The notes beneath the pieces are model-generated. The model searched no databases. It was given only the letters and a program-made list of their open reading frames with translations, and was not told the origin of the DNA. A DNA stretch of 64,000 bases, from IMG/VR virus record IMGVR_UViG_3300012956_000025; one strand, 5' to 3'. Shown in pieces: positions 50,161-59,947 of this stretch. The stretch is from a virus. The position numbers and the translations under genes are program-made. Positions within the stretch are counted from its first letter, which is position 1. The number at the start of each line of letters is the position of its first letter.

Positions 50161-51246
50161 TTATTTATAATAAGTAATCTTTGCTGGGTCAAAGAATAAC
50201 AGCCCAGTCTTCAGACGAGATAGCTCAAATTGCTCATCTGAAGTTATGATATGAATCTCAGCCTTCTTATCAGGATTACTATACTCAAAACCAAGAAATC
50301 TACATATCTTCTGTGCACTATCTTCAGGATTTCCAGACATATAATTGATAATTCCCTTATTTATAGGAAGAACAGTTATACCTGCTTGCATCATTTTAAT
50401 AGTAGCTAGATGGTTATATTTAATTCCATTACAGAAGCTCGTGAATATTTCCTCCTCTTTCTTTTTAGAGTGATATACAGGTATACCTAATTTATCAGAG
50501 ATATTTGTTACCCCACAGAAGACAAGTACTCTTTCACCAGAAAACTTTCCAAGTAACTCCTTGGTTTTGACTAGTTTAGCATGAGAATTCTGTATGATAT
50601 TTATCAACTTCATATCTATAAAGTGCTTCATCTTAGCATTTTCTCTTACATACATATATAACTCAAAGTATCCTTTCTCTGTGAACTGCCTACCCTTGGC
50701 TGATTTATATATGAACTTTTTACCATCTAATTTAACATGATGTACATACATATTATAATCAGTAAGTATACCTTCCGCAACTCCCTGATTTATAGTATAT
50801 CTATAACATACATCTAAATTTAAATTGTCATACAATTCACCCCTTGTTTTTTGTGTCATAGTACCAGTCAATCCAAGCACCTTGTTATTTTCTATAAGAG
50901 GAGCTAACTTATTCTGCTGATTTATACTTAACTCATGAGGTTCATCAATTATTACTAAATCCCAGTCATCATTTTCTATCTTCTTTAGCTTTCCTATTGA
51001 TGCAAAAGTACTTACCTGAATTATAGGTGGTCTAACTCCAACATTATTAAACTCATTATCCCAACCAGTCCATATATCATTTCTTGGTATAAGAAGTAGC
51101 ACCTTTCTGGAATTTAGCTCCTTAATGATATTAATTGCAACCCTGATTTTACCAAATCTTGGGCATGCATTAATTATTGAACGCTGGTCAGACTCAAATA
51201 AATATGAATGAGCTGCCTCCTTCTGGCGTAGGTCTCTTATATTCAT
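50161..51246 (-). CDS. Superfamily 2 helicase
   Basis: ACPRFGKI, IIDEPH, LGLTGT, VLVFC; probable start MNIRD. Confidence 0.8.
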   Translation of the reverse strand: MNIRDLRQKEAAHSYLFESDQRSIINACPRFGKIRVAINIIKELNSRKVLLLIPRNDIWTGWDNEFNNVGVRPPIIQVSTFASIGKLKKIENDDWDLVIIDEPHELSINQQNKLAPLIENNKVLGLTGTMTQKTRGELYDNLNLDVCYRYTINQGVAEGILTDYNMYVHHVKLDGKKFIYKSAKGRQFTEKGYFELYMYVRENAKMKHFIDMKLINIIQNSHAKLVKTKELLGKFSGERVLVFCGVTNISDKLGIPVYHSKKKEEEIFTSFCNGIKYNHLATIKMMQAGITVLPINKGIINYMSGNPEDSAQKICRFLGFEYSNPDKKAEIHIITSDEQFELSRLKTGLLFFDPAKITYYK

Positions 51247-51484
51247 CCATTCCAAATTTTTTGTTATAGTATGAGTAAAAATTGTGAAGAGCACTGGTCA
51301 AACTTATCTTTTTTGGTACAGAAGAAGATTCTACAGTGAACTCATTTACCAGTGCTGTAGAGAATAATCTCTCAAACTGGGTAAAATCATCAACTAACCC
51401 TCCCCTCTCCCTATAATACTCAAACCATATATTCATAGGTATTTGTGAACGTGATATTATATCCAGATACTGTTCTTTTGTCAT
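51194..51484 (-). CDS. Hypothetical protein
   Basis: ORF in the operon. Confidence 0.5.
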   Translation of the reverse strand: MTKEQYLDIISRSQIPMNIWFEYYRERGGLVDDFTQFERLFSTALVNEFTVESSSVPKKISLTSALHNFYSYYNKKFGMDEYKRPTPEGGSSFIFI

Positions 51485-51494
51485 TTTTCTAAGT

Positions 51495-52583
51495 TTATTG
51501 TAAAAAGAAAGATTTGTCCTTTACACTCTCTGCAAGAGAATGTAGTGCTCCATCTGAAAGAGAATCCCTTCTGGGTAACTCTTTAAATTGACCACAAAAA
51601 CCATTGAAAGCCAATGGTATACGTAAATCATCCTCTCCATACGAGGATTTACAGATTTGGATACTTCTGAAGTATTTAGCACCATTTGCTTTATCCAAAA
51701 ACTCCATAGGATTATAACCTGTCTTACTACCTTGTTTATATTTAACTGGGTCAAATAATGATAGAGCAATATCACAAGCATCTCCCATATCCCCGCTTTC
51801 CTTAACATCATCCAATGTCAATTCTGCTTCTGTATCCTTCAGTCTCAATGGATTAGATATAGACCTACCTACCTGAGCTATCCATAATGGAGAAGCTCCC
51901 TCTAAGTCACGAAATCCCTGCATCAATTCACATAGATTATCTACAGCATGTTTCTTAGTAGGAAACTCTTTTGTTCTTCTGGTAAGATTTCCGTGGTCTA
52001 TTACAGGTACTACTATCAAGTTAGGGTCATCTGGAATATATATTTTCTTATATGGGTTATCAGGATGGGTTTTATATTCACCATTTCTCTCAAAATATTC
52101 CTTAAGAATCCGGTAAATATCTGGTCCACTCCTTGCTCCCTCATATATATCAATATAGTCAGAAAGTAACATATCAATATAATCCTTATATCTGGAGAAT
52201 AGCTCAAATTCCTCCTTAGTTAATTTCTCAGTCCACCAACCTAATAATTTGGGAATTGGGATGACTACCCCTTCATCAAGGAATATTCTCCTGCTTATCC
52301 ATTTAGCTATCCTATAGTGCTTAGCTCTCTCCATAGAGAAGAGAATGAACTTAATCTTCCTACCTGTTGATTTTGAGTTCTTTATACACCACTCACATGC
52401 ATTTAGTATCATGTCATCTGCCAAGCTGCTTTTGCCAGCACCTGTAGATGAGAACAGTAAGGTAAATATTCTCTTCCTCCAATTAGCATATTTTCCTAAT
52501 CTCGGTAATCCAATAGGAATAGCCTCATTTTTACCATGCATTCCATCAGATACCTCCTGTGTAAGTTTATCAAATTCACTCAT
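51495..52583 (-). CDS. Replicative DnaB-like helicase
   Basis: SSTGAGKSS, FSME, VIDHGNL, IAQVGR, DVKESGDMGDACD. Confidence 0.88.
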   Translation of the reverse strand: MSEFDKLTQEVSDGMHGKNEAIPIGLPRLGKYANWRKRIFTLLFSSTGAGKSSLADDMILNACEWCIKNSKSTGRKIKFILFSMERAKHYRIAKWISRRIFLDEGVVIPIPKLLGWWTEKLTKEEFELFSRYKDYIDMLLSDYIDIYEGARSGPDIYRILKEYFERNGEYKTHPDNPYKKIYIPDDPNLIVVPVIDHGNLTRRTKEFPTKKHAVDNLCELMQGFRDLEGASPLWIAQVGRSISNPLRLKDTEAELTLDDVKESGDMGDACDIALSLFDPVKYKQGSKTGYNPMEFLDKANGAKYFRSIQICKSSYGEDDLRIPLAFNGFCGQFKELPRRDSLSDGALHSLAESVKDKSFFLQ

Positions 52584-53185
52584 ATATTTACAATTGTATC
52601 ATCAGATTTTAAATCATCATCAATATTTTCCATATCTGTTACCATAGTACTCATATTATTCTTGAATATATAATATTGTAATATAGGAAACCAACTTTTT
52701 GATGTAGCACACTTATTAATATAAGAAATAATTGTTTTTTCAATTTTATCTAAGTCTGACAATTTATAAGCTGTCATTACTCTAGATATAATTCTTCCTA
52801 AATCTGCAGAATTAGGTAGAAATGAGTAAAATTTTCCATTAATACTATCTCTCACCTGTTTTTTACCAACAAGTTTACTTAGCTCTTCTTCACACTTTTT
52901 ATGCAAATCAATAATCCAAGTATTATAAACCGTGGACTTCAAATCTACTATCTGTCCCTTTTTTATAATAGGGGTAATTTTTATAGCATCTTTTAACAGA
53001 AATTTTGCTTTATCAGTTAACTCTCCATCTTGAATATACCCCTTCTTACATAACAAGTTCATAAAACCCATAATCCTGCTATTCTTAACTATTTTTTCTT
53101 TATCATAAACACATCTTAATAAATTATAATGGTCAAGTAACAAACCTTCATCTAGTATTTTCTTATACTTTTCTGTGTCAATCAT
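52580..53185 (-). CDS. Hypothetical replication-associated protein
   Basis: ATGA-coupled directly upstream of the helicase. Confidence 0.55.
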   Translation of the reverse strand: MIDTEKYKKILDEGLLLDHYNLLRCVYDKEKIVKNSRIMGFMNLLCKKGYIQDGELTDKAKFLLKDAIKITPIIKKGQIVDLKSTVYNTWIIDLHKKCEEELSKLVGKKQVRDSINGKFYSFLPNSADLGRIISRVMTAYKLSDLDKIEKTIISYINKCATSKSWFPILQYYIFKNNMSTMVTDMENIDDDLKSDDTIVNI

Positions 53186-53187
53186 TC

Positions 53188-53379
53188 CTATTTTAATTTA
53201 AGAGGGTAAAATGCACCATCTATCTCAAATCCATCTAAAACAAACTTTGTGTACCTAGGGTACTGTTTACGGAGATACCTTATTGCTGTCTGTCCATCTC
53301 CAATAATTGCTTCTTCCATCTGCTTGCCTGTCTTAAATACAGTAACTGTAAATATACTTATAATTTCTCTCTTCTCCAT
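53188..53379 (-). CDS. Hypothetical protein
   Basis: 63-aa ORF. Confidence 0.45.
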   Translation of the reverse strand: MEKREIISIFTVTVFKTGKQMEEAIIGDGQTAIRYLRKQYPRYTKFVLDGFEIDGAFYPLKLK

Positions 53380-53402
53380 AAATAAAAGTTTTTAATTTTG
53401 TT

Positions 53403-53430
53403 AAAAAAGAGCTCCCTCAGGAGCCCTTTT
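53403..53430 (-). terminator. Probable intrinsic terminator
   Basis: GCTCC/GGAGC stem flanked by A and T runs. Confidence 0.55.
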
Positions 53431-53450
53431 TACTTTAAATATATATTTTC

Positions 53451-53849
53451 TTAATGATATCTTTTTAGTAATAGAAAATCAACCTCATATCTAGATTTAA
53501 TAGAACCTTGAGAAAAACAAACATTATAAGTACTTATAAAAGATTCCTTATAATCAGCATGTACTATCCCTGCAATTCCCTTTTTGCATATACTGGTAGC
53601 CAATGCAAAGGCTGCTATACTCCAAGCAGTATTACTCTTAGGTAACTCGATAAGAATATAATTATCAATATATATCAATGATTTCTCCCCAAAAGATTTT
53701 TTCATGTATTCTTTATACTCAGGTAAATTCTCTATTCTATTCTTACAATTAAGAAGGTCTGGAAACTTTTCCTCTAATTTTTTCTTCCAGTCATCACAAG
53801 CTGCATCATATGCTTCTGTAATAAATGATTCATCAACTTCGTATTTCAT
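53451..53849 (-). CDS. Hypothetical protein
   Basis: EAYDAACDDWKKKLEEKFP. Confidence 0.55.
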   Translation of the reverse strand: MKYEVDESFITEAYDAACDDWKKKLEEKFPDLLNCKNRIENLPEYKEYMKKSFGEKSLIYIDNYILIELPKSNTAWSIAAFALATSICKKGIAGIVHADYKESFISTYNVCFSQGSIKSRYEVDFLLLKRYH

Positions 53850-53854
53850 TTTAA

Positions 53855-55510
53855 TTAAATTTTGTGGTTTTTAGAAAGTCTTTCTCTTATTTCATCTAAG
53901 GTAAAGCGTTTTACCAGCTTTCCATTTAGGAATACTGTTGATAAAGCACCTCCTTGCTCTTCTTCAGGAGTACATTGGTCAATCAGTTTATATGTAGAGT
54001 GATGAAGCTTCCCTAACTCATCAGGAACCAATACCTCTTTAACACATAACAATCCCTTAGCAGATTTCTTAGTACCATCATCTGTAATAGGGTCTTTAAA
54101 GATTTCTCTACCAATAGTTCTAATTCCATACTCAATGCTTTCAGGAGTAGGTAAAAATGCCTCCTCTAATTCAACATATGTTGATTTTACTGCACCCCCC
54201 TGACTATCTCTTGTTGCGTAACCCATTGAATATGAACCTATTCCAAGAACAATATTAGTAGAAGCAAAACCTTTAGCTTTTAGGCGTTCACAGATTTGTT
54301 CTGCTCTCTCTAAGGTAATAGAATCACCATAAATAGCTCCAATATGAGGGTCTAATACTTTATAACCTTGTTCATTAATAGTACCTCCAAATATATCCCA
54401 AAGAAGTTCAATTACTCCTTTAATTTCTTGTGGTAATAATCTTTTTAAATTAAATCTAGTTTTATGACCATCATCATATGGATTTGTTTCATAAAATAAA
54501 TCTGATTTTTTACAATATACTACACTTGGAGAATCACTAAAATATAAATCATTTACATCATCTACTTCTACAAATGTTCTACCACAAATAATATCAACAG
54601 GGTCTCCACTATCAGGTCTAATCACTAATTTACCATCACGAGCCATAATTTCAGACTTAAGAGCAGATAAATATTCAGTAATTAACTTCCATAAATTCCA
54701 AGTATCTGATACTACTGATAAAATACCATTTGGGTATTGTTTCATTAAATATCTTAAAGTATCAATTTCTCCTTCTTTACCATGAGCACACATTACAGAG
54801 TGTTCACTAGCCGGAACGGAAAAGCCGACATTTATACTTTCATAATAATATTTAACAGATTGTAAAGCTGGAATGGTGTCAGTTCCTCTAAAAGAAGTTA
54901 AAAATCCCATGCCTGAAGATATTGCTGATTCTACAGACTGCATTCCTCTAAATGAAAAATCATGTCCTTGAAAATCTACAAATCCAACATTGTTTTTATC
55001 AGTCTCTTTTGCATATCTTAATAATAACTTTTTATATGCAAAGGCTATAGATGCAGAATGCACTGGTTTCCAAATAATTGTAGAAATAAGGGTTTCTAAA
55101 AAGTTAGTAACCCAGAAGAAATCTGGGTGAGTATTTACTATAGTAAAAATAGGTATTCCCTCTTTTACTATACATCCTTCAGGAAGTGCCTTTATTTGTA
55201 TAGGTAGATAACCTAAATCATGTAACTTTTCAAAATGAGATATATCATATTCCGTCCCTAAGTAGGAACAAAGATACTCTTTTGCTTCATTGCATACTAT
55301 GTTTTTATCTTTTTTAAAAAACTCTGCGTTCCATAAATCATTAATATACTTGCACATGTACTGTATACCAAATACAACAATATCATCTACTTTATTTGGC
55401 ATTCTCTTAGTACTTCTACAAGTATAATTACTATATACTTTAGTAATATTCTGTGGATACATTTTTATATGAGAAGTTTTATATCCGTCTGTAGCTAATA
55501 TTGGGTTCAT
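53855..55510 (-). CDS. NAMPT-family protein (NadV / Namat-like)
   Basis: TDGYKTSH, HDFSFRG, SVPASEHSVM, SVVSDTW, VIRPDSGDP, AIYGDSIT, KKSAKG. Confidence 0.92.
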   Translation of the reverse strand: MNPILATDGYKTSHIKMYPQNITKVYSNYTCRSTKRMPNKVDDIVVFGIQYMCKYINDLWNAEFFKKDKNIVCNEAKEYLCSYLGTEYDISHFEKLHDLGYLPIQIKALPEGCIVKEGIPIFTIVNTHPDFFWVTNFLETLISTIIWKPVHSASIAFAYKKLLLRYAKETDKNNVGFVDFQGHDFSFRGMQSVESAISSGMGFLTSFRGTDTIPALQSVKYYYESINVGFSVPASEHSVMCAHGKEGEIDTLRYLMKQYPNGILSVVSDTWNLWKLITEYLSALKSEIMARDGKLVIRPDSGDPVDIICGRTFVEVDDVNDLYFSDSPSVVYCKKSDLFYETNPYDDGHKTRFNLKRLLPQEIKGVIELLWDIFGGTINEQGYKVLDPHIGAIYGDSITLERAEQICERLKAKGFASTNIVLGIGSYSMGYATRDSQGGAVKSTYVELEEAFLPTPESIEYGIRTIGREIFKDPITDDGTKKSAKGLLCVKEVLVPDELGKLHHSTYKLIDQCTPEEEQGGALSTVFLNGKLVKRFTLDEIRERLSKNHKI

Positions 55511-55512
55511 TT

Positions 55513-55992
55513 TTAATTTTTTAATATCTTTTCAATTATTTCATCTAATGTTGAATAAAGATGTAGATTATACCTATTTGCATATATTTGTAAGTTACCT
55601 AACCTTAAGTAATTTGGACTTGCACACATAAACACATTTTCACTTTTGTGAAATGTTCCCAACTCTAAGAGAGTTATTGGAGATAATGTATTCTTAGCAA
55701 AGTAGAATACTTTATAGTGACATCTTTCTAAATAAGTCAATTCCCACTGTACCTGCTGATAAAATTGAGGATTCTCTATAGACTGTTTCCACGAGCTATC
55801 CCAATCATCTCTTCTTGGGTTACATATATCCCAATTTATCATTCTGGATATTGCTGCTCTTGTCTTTTTTGCTTCACTAATAAAATAGCTTTGCCAATCT
55901 TCAGCTTCTCCCATCTCTATAGACCCACCTAGAAAAATTCCTCTATAGGGATTTATCTGAGGGAATACTGGTGGTGTGTGTACTGTTATCAT
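55513..55992 (-). CDS. Nucleoside 2-deoxyribosyltransferase-like protein
   Basis: IFLGGSIEMG..DWQ, NPRRDDWD, QVQWEL, SPITLLELG. Confidence 0.8.
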   Translation of the reverse strand: MITVHTPPVFPQINPYRGIFLGGSIEMGEAEDWQSYFISEAKKTRAAISRMINWDICNPRRDDWDSSWKQSIENPQFYQQVQWELTYLERCHYKVFYFAKNTLSPITLLELGTFHKSENVFMCASPNYLRLGNLQIYANRYNLHLYSTLDEIIEKILKN

Positions 55993-56395
55993 GATTTACT
56001 TTTAAATGTGTTTTAACATACCATACAAGAAGGCTTAAATCTCTATATACCGAATCAAGCCCAGCTCTATCATCCAAAAGAGCAGAATAAAAAGGTTTAC
56101 GTGTCTGGTAACCCAAATCTATAGTATCTACATTTATACCTACATGATTTATACCTTTGTCTTTAAGGTATTTTGCAACAAACTCATGGTCAGGATTGGC
56201 TGTCCAGCATACAAGAGTACACCCAATCTCATCTAGTTCATGTAATAATGCTATTACCATATCAAAAGTAGCAGAATGGTCATGAAAGGGTGCTACTGTC
56301 TGGTCAAAATCAAATCCTACTGTAATTGTTCCATATTTCTTCCAGTCAGCCAATAAACGAAGAAACATAGCATTTGGTCTTAAAAATTGGTCCAT
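55943..56395 (-). CDS. HAD-superfamily hydrolase-like protein
   Basis: GFDFDQTV (DxD), WTA, RKP, LLDDRAG. Confidence 0.75.
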   Translation of the reverse strand: MDQFLRPNAMFLRLLADWKKYGTITVGFDFDQTVAPFHDHSATFDMVIALLHELDEIGCTLVCWTANPDHEFVAKYLKDKGINHVGINVDTIDLGYQTRKPFYSALLDDRAGLDSVYRDLSLLVWYVKTHLKVNHDNSTHTTSIPSDKSL

Positions 56396-57255
56396 TATAC
56401 TATTTTATATTGAGTCAGAAAATCTGTTACCTTAGCTCCATCATTGTTATAACTAGCTGAATCTATATCTTTTACTGAATTAGTACAGTAAATATGGTCA
56501 ATTACTTTCTCAAGATTTGTGAATCCTTTAGAGAATAGACCGTGGCTTACATACAAATATACCTTTTCTGCCCCCTGTTCTTTAAGAGCTTTTCCTAGTA
56601 CTTCAAAGGTATATCCTCCATCACATAGGTCATCTACTATAAGGCAGTGTTTACCTTTAACATCTCCCATAAAGGTTAAGCTAATATTACCTTGTGTATC
56701 TCTATGTTTTACTGCAGCAACTACTGACAAATTAAGTTTTTCCCCAAACTCGAATACCTTTTTATAAGCACCTGCATCAGGAGAAACAAGAACTACATCT
56801 TCAAATGGACCTTTGCTTGGTGCGTTACTTCGTCTCCATATAACATCAGATACTGCCTTCTCTACATACTCAAAAGAAGATTTCTTTGAGGAGTTATTAA
56901 TCAAAGCCAGACATACATCAGAGTGAGGGTCAAATATTTCAACTTCTTCAAATTTACACTCATTGATTATATCTGTAATTAGCTTTAAATCAAAGGATTG
57001 CATATTACTAAATCTTCTATCTGACCTTTGTCCAAACATACATGGAATAAACAGCTTCCAACTATCAATAGTTGCCTGATAATGCAGAATATCTGCACAT
57101 GCTCTTACAAAGAATAAATCCTCGTAGGAATTAATACGTTCTCTTAATACAAAATCACTCCTACGTCTTGCAAGAGGATTATTATCATACTGTCCAATTA
57201 CCCACTTAGCAGATATTTGCCCGTCAGGGTATCTTATTCGTTCGAAATTTCCCAT
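56395..57255 (-). CDS. Ribose-phosphate pyrophosphokinase-family protein (Prs / Adps-like)
   Basis: YPDGQ, QRSDRRF, FDPHSDV, VSPDAGAYKK, LIVDDLCDGGYTF, YVSHGLFSKG. Confidence 0.92.
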   Translation of the reverse strand: MGNFERIRYPDGQISAKWVIGQYDNNPLARRRSDFVLRERINSYEDLFFVRACADILHYQATIDSWKLFIPCMFGQRSDRRFSNMQSFDLKLITDIINECKFEEVEIFDPHSDVCLALINNSSKKSSFEYVEKAVSDVIWRRSNAPSKGPFEDVVLVSPDAGAYKKVFEFGEKLNLSVVAAVKHRDTQGNISLTFMGDVKGKHCLIVDDLCDGGYTFEVLGKALKEQGAEKVYLYVSHGLFSKGFTNLEKVIDHIYCTNSVKDIDSASYNNDGAKVTDFLTQYKIV

Positions 57256-57295
57256 TACTTATTATTTAATTGTTACTGTATCTCCAACTCTATAG

Positions 57296-57517
57296 TTAGC
57301 GGTCATTGCCAATGACATCACTAATGCCAGTCATCTTCATTTTAGCCCACATTGCACCTGCTGCAAATATCTTTGCTTTCCAAACTATATTATTTTCGTG
57401 TCTGCGTTTTCTGTTCAATCCTTCTTTGTAAGCATCCTCACGAGAAGGCAACGAACCGCTAACAACGTATTGCTGAACATTGCCAGCTTCATCGGTAATT
57501 TTAACTTCAAGCTTCAT
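57296..57517 (-). CDS. Small hypothetical protein overlapping attC-like core repeats
   Basis: Contains VVSGSLP and terminal GNDR*, both encoded by GTTAGCGGT..TTGCC inverted repeats. Confidence 0.5.
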   Translation of the reverse strand: MKLEVKITDEAGNVQQYVVSGSLPSREDAYKEGLNRKRRHENNIVWKAKIFAAGAMWAKMKMTGISDVIGNDR

Positions 57518-57552
57518 GTTTTTAATTTTTATTTTTACGATAATTAATTTTG

Positions 57553-57654
57553 TAGTCAGGATAGGATTCGAACCTATAAGAATGTGTGGATTCCGTACAT
57601 TAACGTAAGAGTTACGACCTCTTCTTTTGCGTTTACCAGCTTCGCCACCTGACT
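57553..57654 (-). ncRNA. Atypical tRNA-like RNA (102 nt)
   Basis: Acceptor AGTCAGG/CCTGACT-A; D arm TGGCGAAGCTGGTAAACGC; T arm ATAGG-TTCGAAT-CCTAT; non-canonical centre. Confidence 0.75.
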
Positions 57655-57662
57655 TACCTTCT

Positions 57663-59720
57663 TTAAAATAATTTTAATTGACTACCACAACTCTTACTTT
57701 TCACAGATTCTACAAATGCTTTTGCTTTCTTTGTCTTCTCAATAGCATCTATTCTCTCTAAAGTTTCCAATATATAGTAGTTATAATCAATATTATAGTT
57801 ATCACTTTTGAAAAATCTGTTGAAGTAAGTTACAAGAGGTTGACCTATATCCATTTCTGCCTCACAATGATTGTTCATTGGTTTGCCTTCGTGATTAAAT
57901 CCTCTCTTGTAAAGTATACTTCCAGTAGTAGATATATAATATCTTACTAGTTTCTTGTGAGTCTTCACCACAGTTTTACCATCTTCCTCAAATTGTTCCT
58001 CATAGTGCATTTTACCTGCAGCCTTCTTAGCTATACAGAAATCAAATATATTATTATGATTTCTTATAAATTCAACAGGGTCTTTCTTATCAATAAAATA
58101 AGCTTCTAAAGCCATAGGAATTATACGCTTGCTCTTATTCTTGTGTAATTCAAATTCTGTAGCAAATCTTCCCTTCTTCTTCACTCCGTCTTCCTTTTTG
58201 GCAATATAGTGGTTAATAGATTCTTGCCATACCTCTTTAAAAGGAGTTTCTTCTAACTTACCCATCTCAAAATTACCAACCTTTTTCTCCCACCACTCAC
58301 ATATCTGGAGAAACTCTTGACGTTTACTGTCAGGATAATAGACAGATATACCATCAGTATTTCCACTAAGTACCTGAAAACCAGACATTTCTAACTTTTC
58401 TATAAGCATTAGAATTTCCATCTGATTACCCATAGTAACTTTGAGCATACCTTCCGGGTACTCAAGAAATGAACCTCTTTGGCCTAATTTACCATACCCA
58501 CCACCATTCAGACATAGCTTGAGCATTTCCTGCACTGACATAAGAGGACGAGCTTTCTCTTTTTTACCCTCTTTTATTAAATCTTTAGCAATCTTTTTAA
58601 ATGAGATTCTTTTAGATATCTTACCATTATACTGTTTAAGAAATGTATCTTTAAGGTGCGGAGGACATATCTTAAACTTAACCATACTATTTGGATACTG
58701 ACTTCCAATATCCTCATCATCATATCTAAATCCTTCTGGTATTGTTATATGTCTATGTTTTTCAGTACTATGAAGTCCTCCTTTAGCTACTGTATATGTG
58801 GTATTACCTATCTTAATAGGAAATTCCTGTTTTACATTCTTAACATATTCATTACCAAGTCTCTTTACAAAATCTTTTAAGTGGTCAGTCTCAAATTCTG
58901 TATGTTTAGGGAAGAAATTCTTAAATCTTTGTCCAAAAGGATGCTTAACCTTTTGAGGAAGTAATGACTTTGGGTCAGAAATATTCTCTTCCTTCATGTA
59001 ATCTAACTTGTTCCATTCTTCACCAATTTTCACATCACTCCAATTAAGACACTGTAAACCAGTCTCTTGCATTACATCAAACCTATCCTGAAGTTTATTC
59101 TTACCTTTGTAATCCTTCAATTCAGGAATATCTACATTTCCTAACGTAAGTTGAAATAGTGTTTCGGTTACCTTTACATCATTTCTTCTATAAACCCTGA
59201 TTATACCTATTTCTTCTTCAGTAAGATTCTCTTTACTATGGTGAATAGGCATTTCCTCCACATCTTCATTCAACATAAAGGCACACCATTTTAAGGATGT
59301 TCTTCTTGCATCATTGTCAAAGTGATGTATACGGAATATATCTATTGGGTAAATAGAGAAATCTTTCTCCTTATAGGTATGAAATAACCCATAATTACTA
59401 TCCTCAATAACCTTTTGAGCATAGTCATATATAATTTGACATATCTCAAGGTTTGTATTATTATACCACTTTTCGTAATTATCAACCACATACTGCAGAA
59501 CCTGCTGGTCAAAGTTTATACCATTAAAGGTAACTAAGTAATCATACTCTCTTGAGGTATAACACTTTACAAAATGATATAACTCATTCTTATATGCAGA
59601 TACTTCAAACTCCTGCCACTCCTTAGTATCAGGATTATAGATACCAACATCAAATAATTCCTTTAATGTCTCAATATCACATATTCCTATCCTCTTATCT
59701 ATTCCATGTGCTATTATCAT
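57663..59720 (-). CDS. DNA polymerase family B with 3'-5' exonuclease
   Basis: CDIETL, FNGINFD (exonuclease); DIGSQYP, KLCLNGGGYGK, NTDGI (motifs A/B/C). Confidence 0.92.
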   Translation of the reverse strand: MIIAHGIDKRIGICDIETLKELFDVGIYNPDTKEWQEFEVSAYKNELYHFVKCYTSREYDYLVTFNGINFDQQVLQYVVDNYEKWYNNTNLEICQIIYDYAQKVIEDSNYGLFHTYKEKDFSIYPIDIFRIHHFDNDARRTSLKWCAFMLNEDVEEMPIHHSKENLTEEEIGIIRVYRRNDVKVTETLFQLTLGNVDIPELKDYKGKNKLQDRFDVMQETGLQCLNWSDVKIGEEWNKLDYMKEENISDPKSLLPQKVKHPFGQRFKNFFPKHTEFETDHLKDFVKRLGNEYVKNVKQEFPIKIGNTTYTVAKGGLHSTEKHRHITIPEGFRYDDEDIGSQYPNSMVKFKICPPHLKDTFLKQYNGKISKRISFKKIAKDLIKEGKKEKARPLMSVQEMLKLCLNGGGYGKLGQRGSFLEYPEGMLKVTMGNQMEILMLIEKLEMSGFQVLSGNTDGISVYYPDSKRQEFLQICEWWEKKVGNFEMGKLEETPFKEVWQESINHYIAKKEDGVKKKGRFATEFELHKNKSKRIIPMALEAYFIDKKDPVEFIRNHNNIFDFCIAKKAAGKMHYEEQFEEDGKTVVKTHKKLVRYYISTTGSILYKRGFNHEGKPMNNHCEAEMDIGQPLVTYFNRFFKSDNYNIDYNYYILETLERIDAIEKTKKAKAFVESVKSKSCGSQLKLF

Positions 59721-59947
59721 ATACTTATTTTACTATGTTCAGATAGAGAAAGAATATCAGCCTTCTTTTTATTCCAATCACTCTCTATGAAAATCAAATC
59801 ATCAATATTTGTCCAGAAGTCTTTCTTCGTATTCCTTGTTTTTAGCCTTGCTCTATTACCTTTTACTTCTACCAATACAAACCTCATTGATTTTTTACTC
59901 TGCCATTTTGTATGATAGTTACAGCCAACTACTATTAGTGTACTCAT
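59717..59947 (-). CDS. Hypothetical protein
   Basis: Coupled on both sides. Confidence 0.5.
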   Translation of the reverse strand: MSTLIVVGCNYHTKWQSKKSMRFVLVEVKGNRARLKTRNTKKDFWTNIDDLIFIESDWNKKKADILSLSEHSKISI

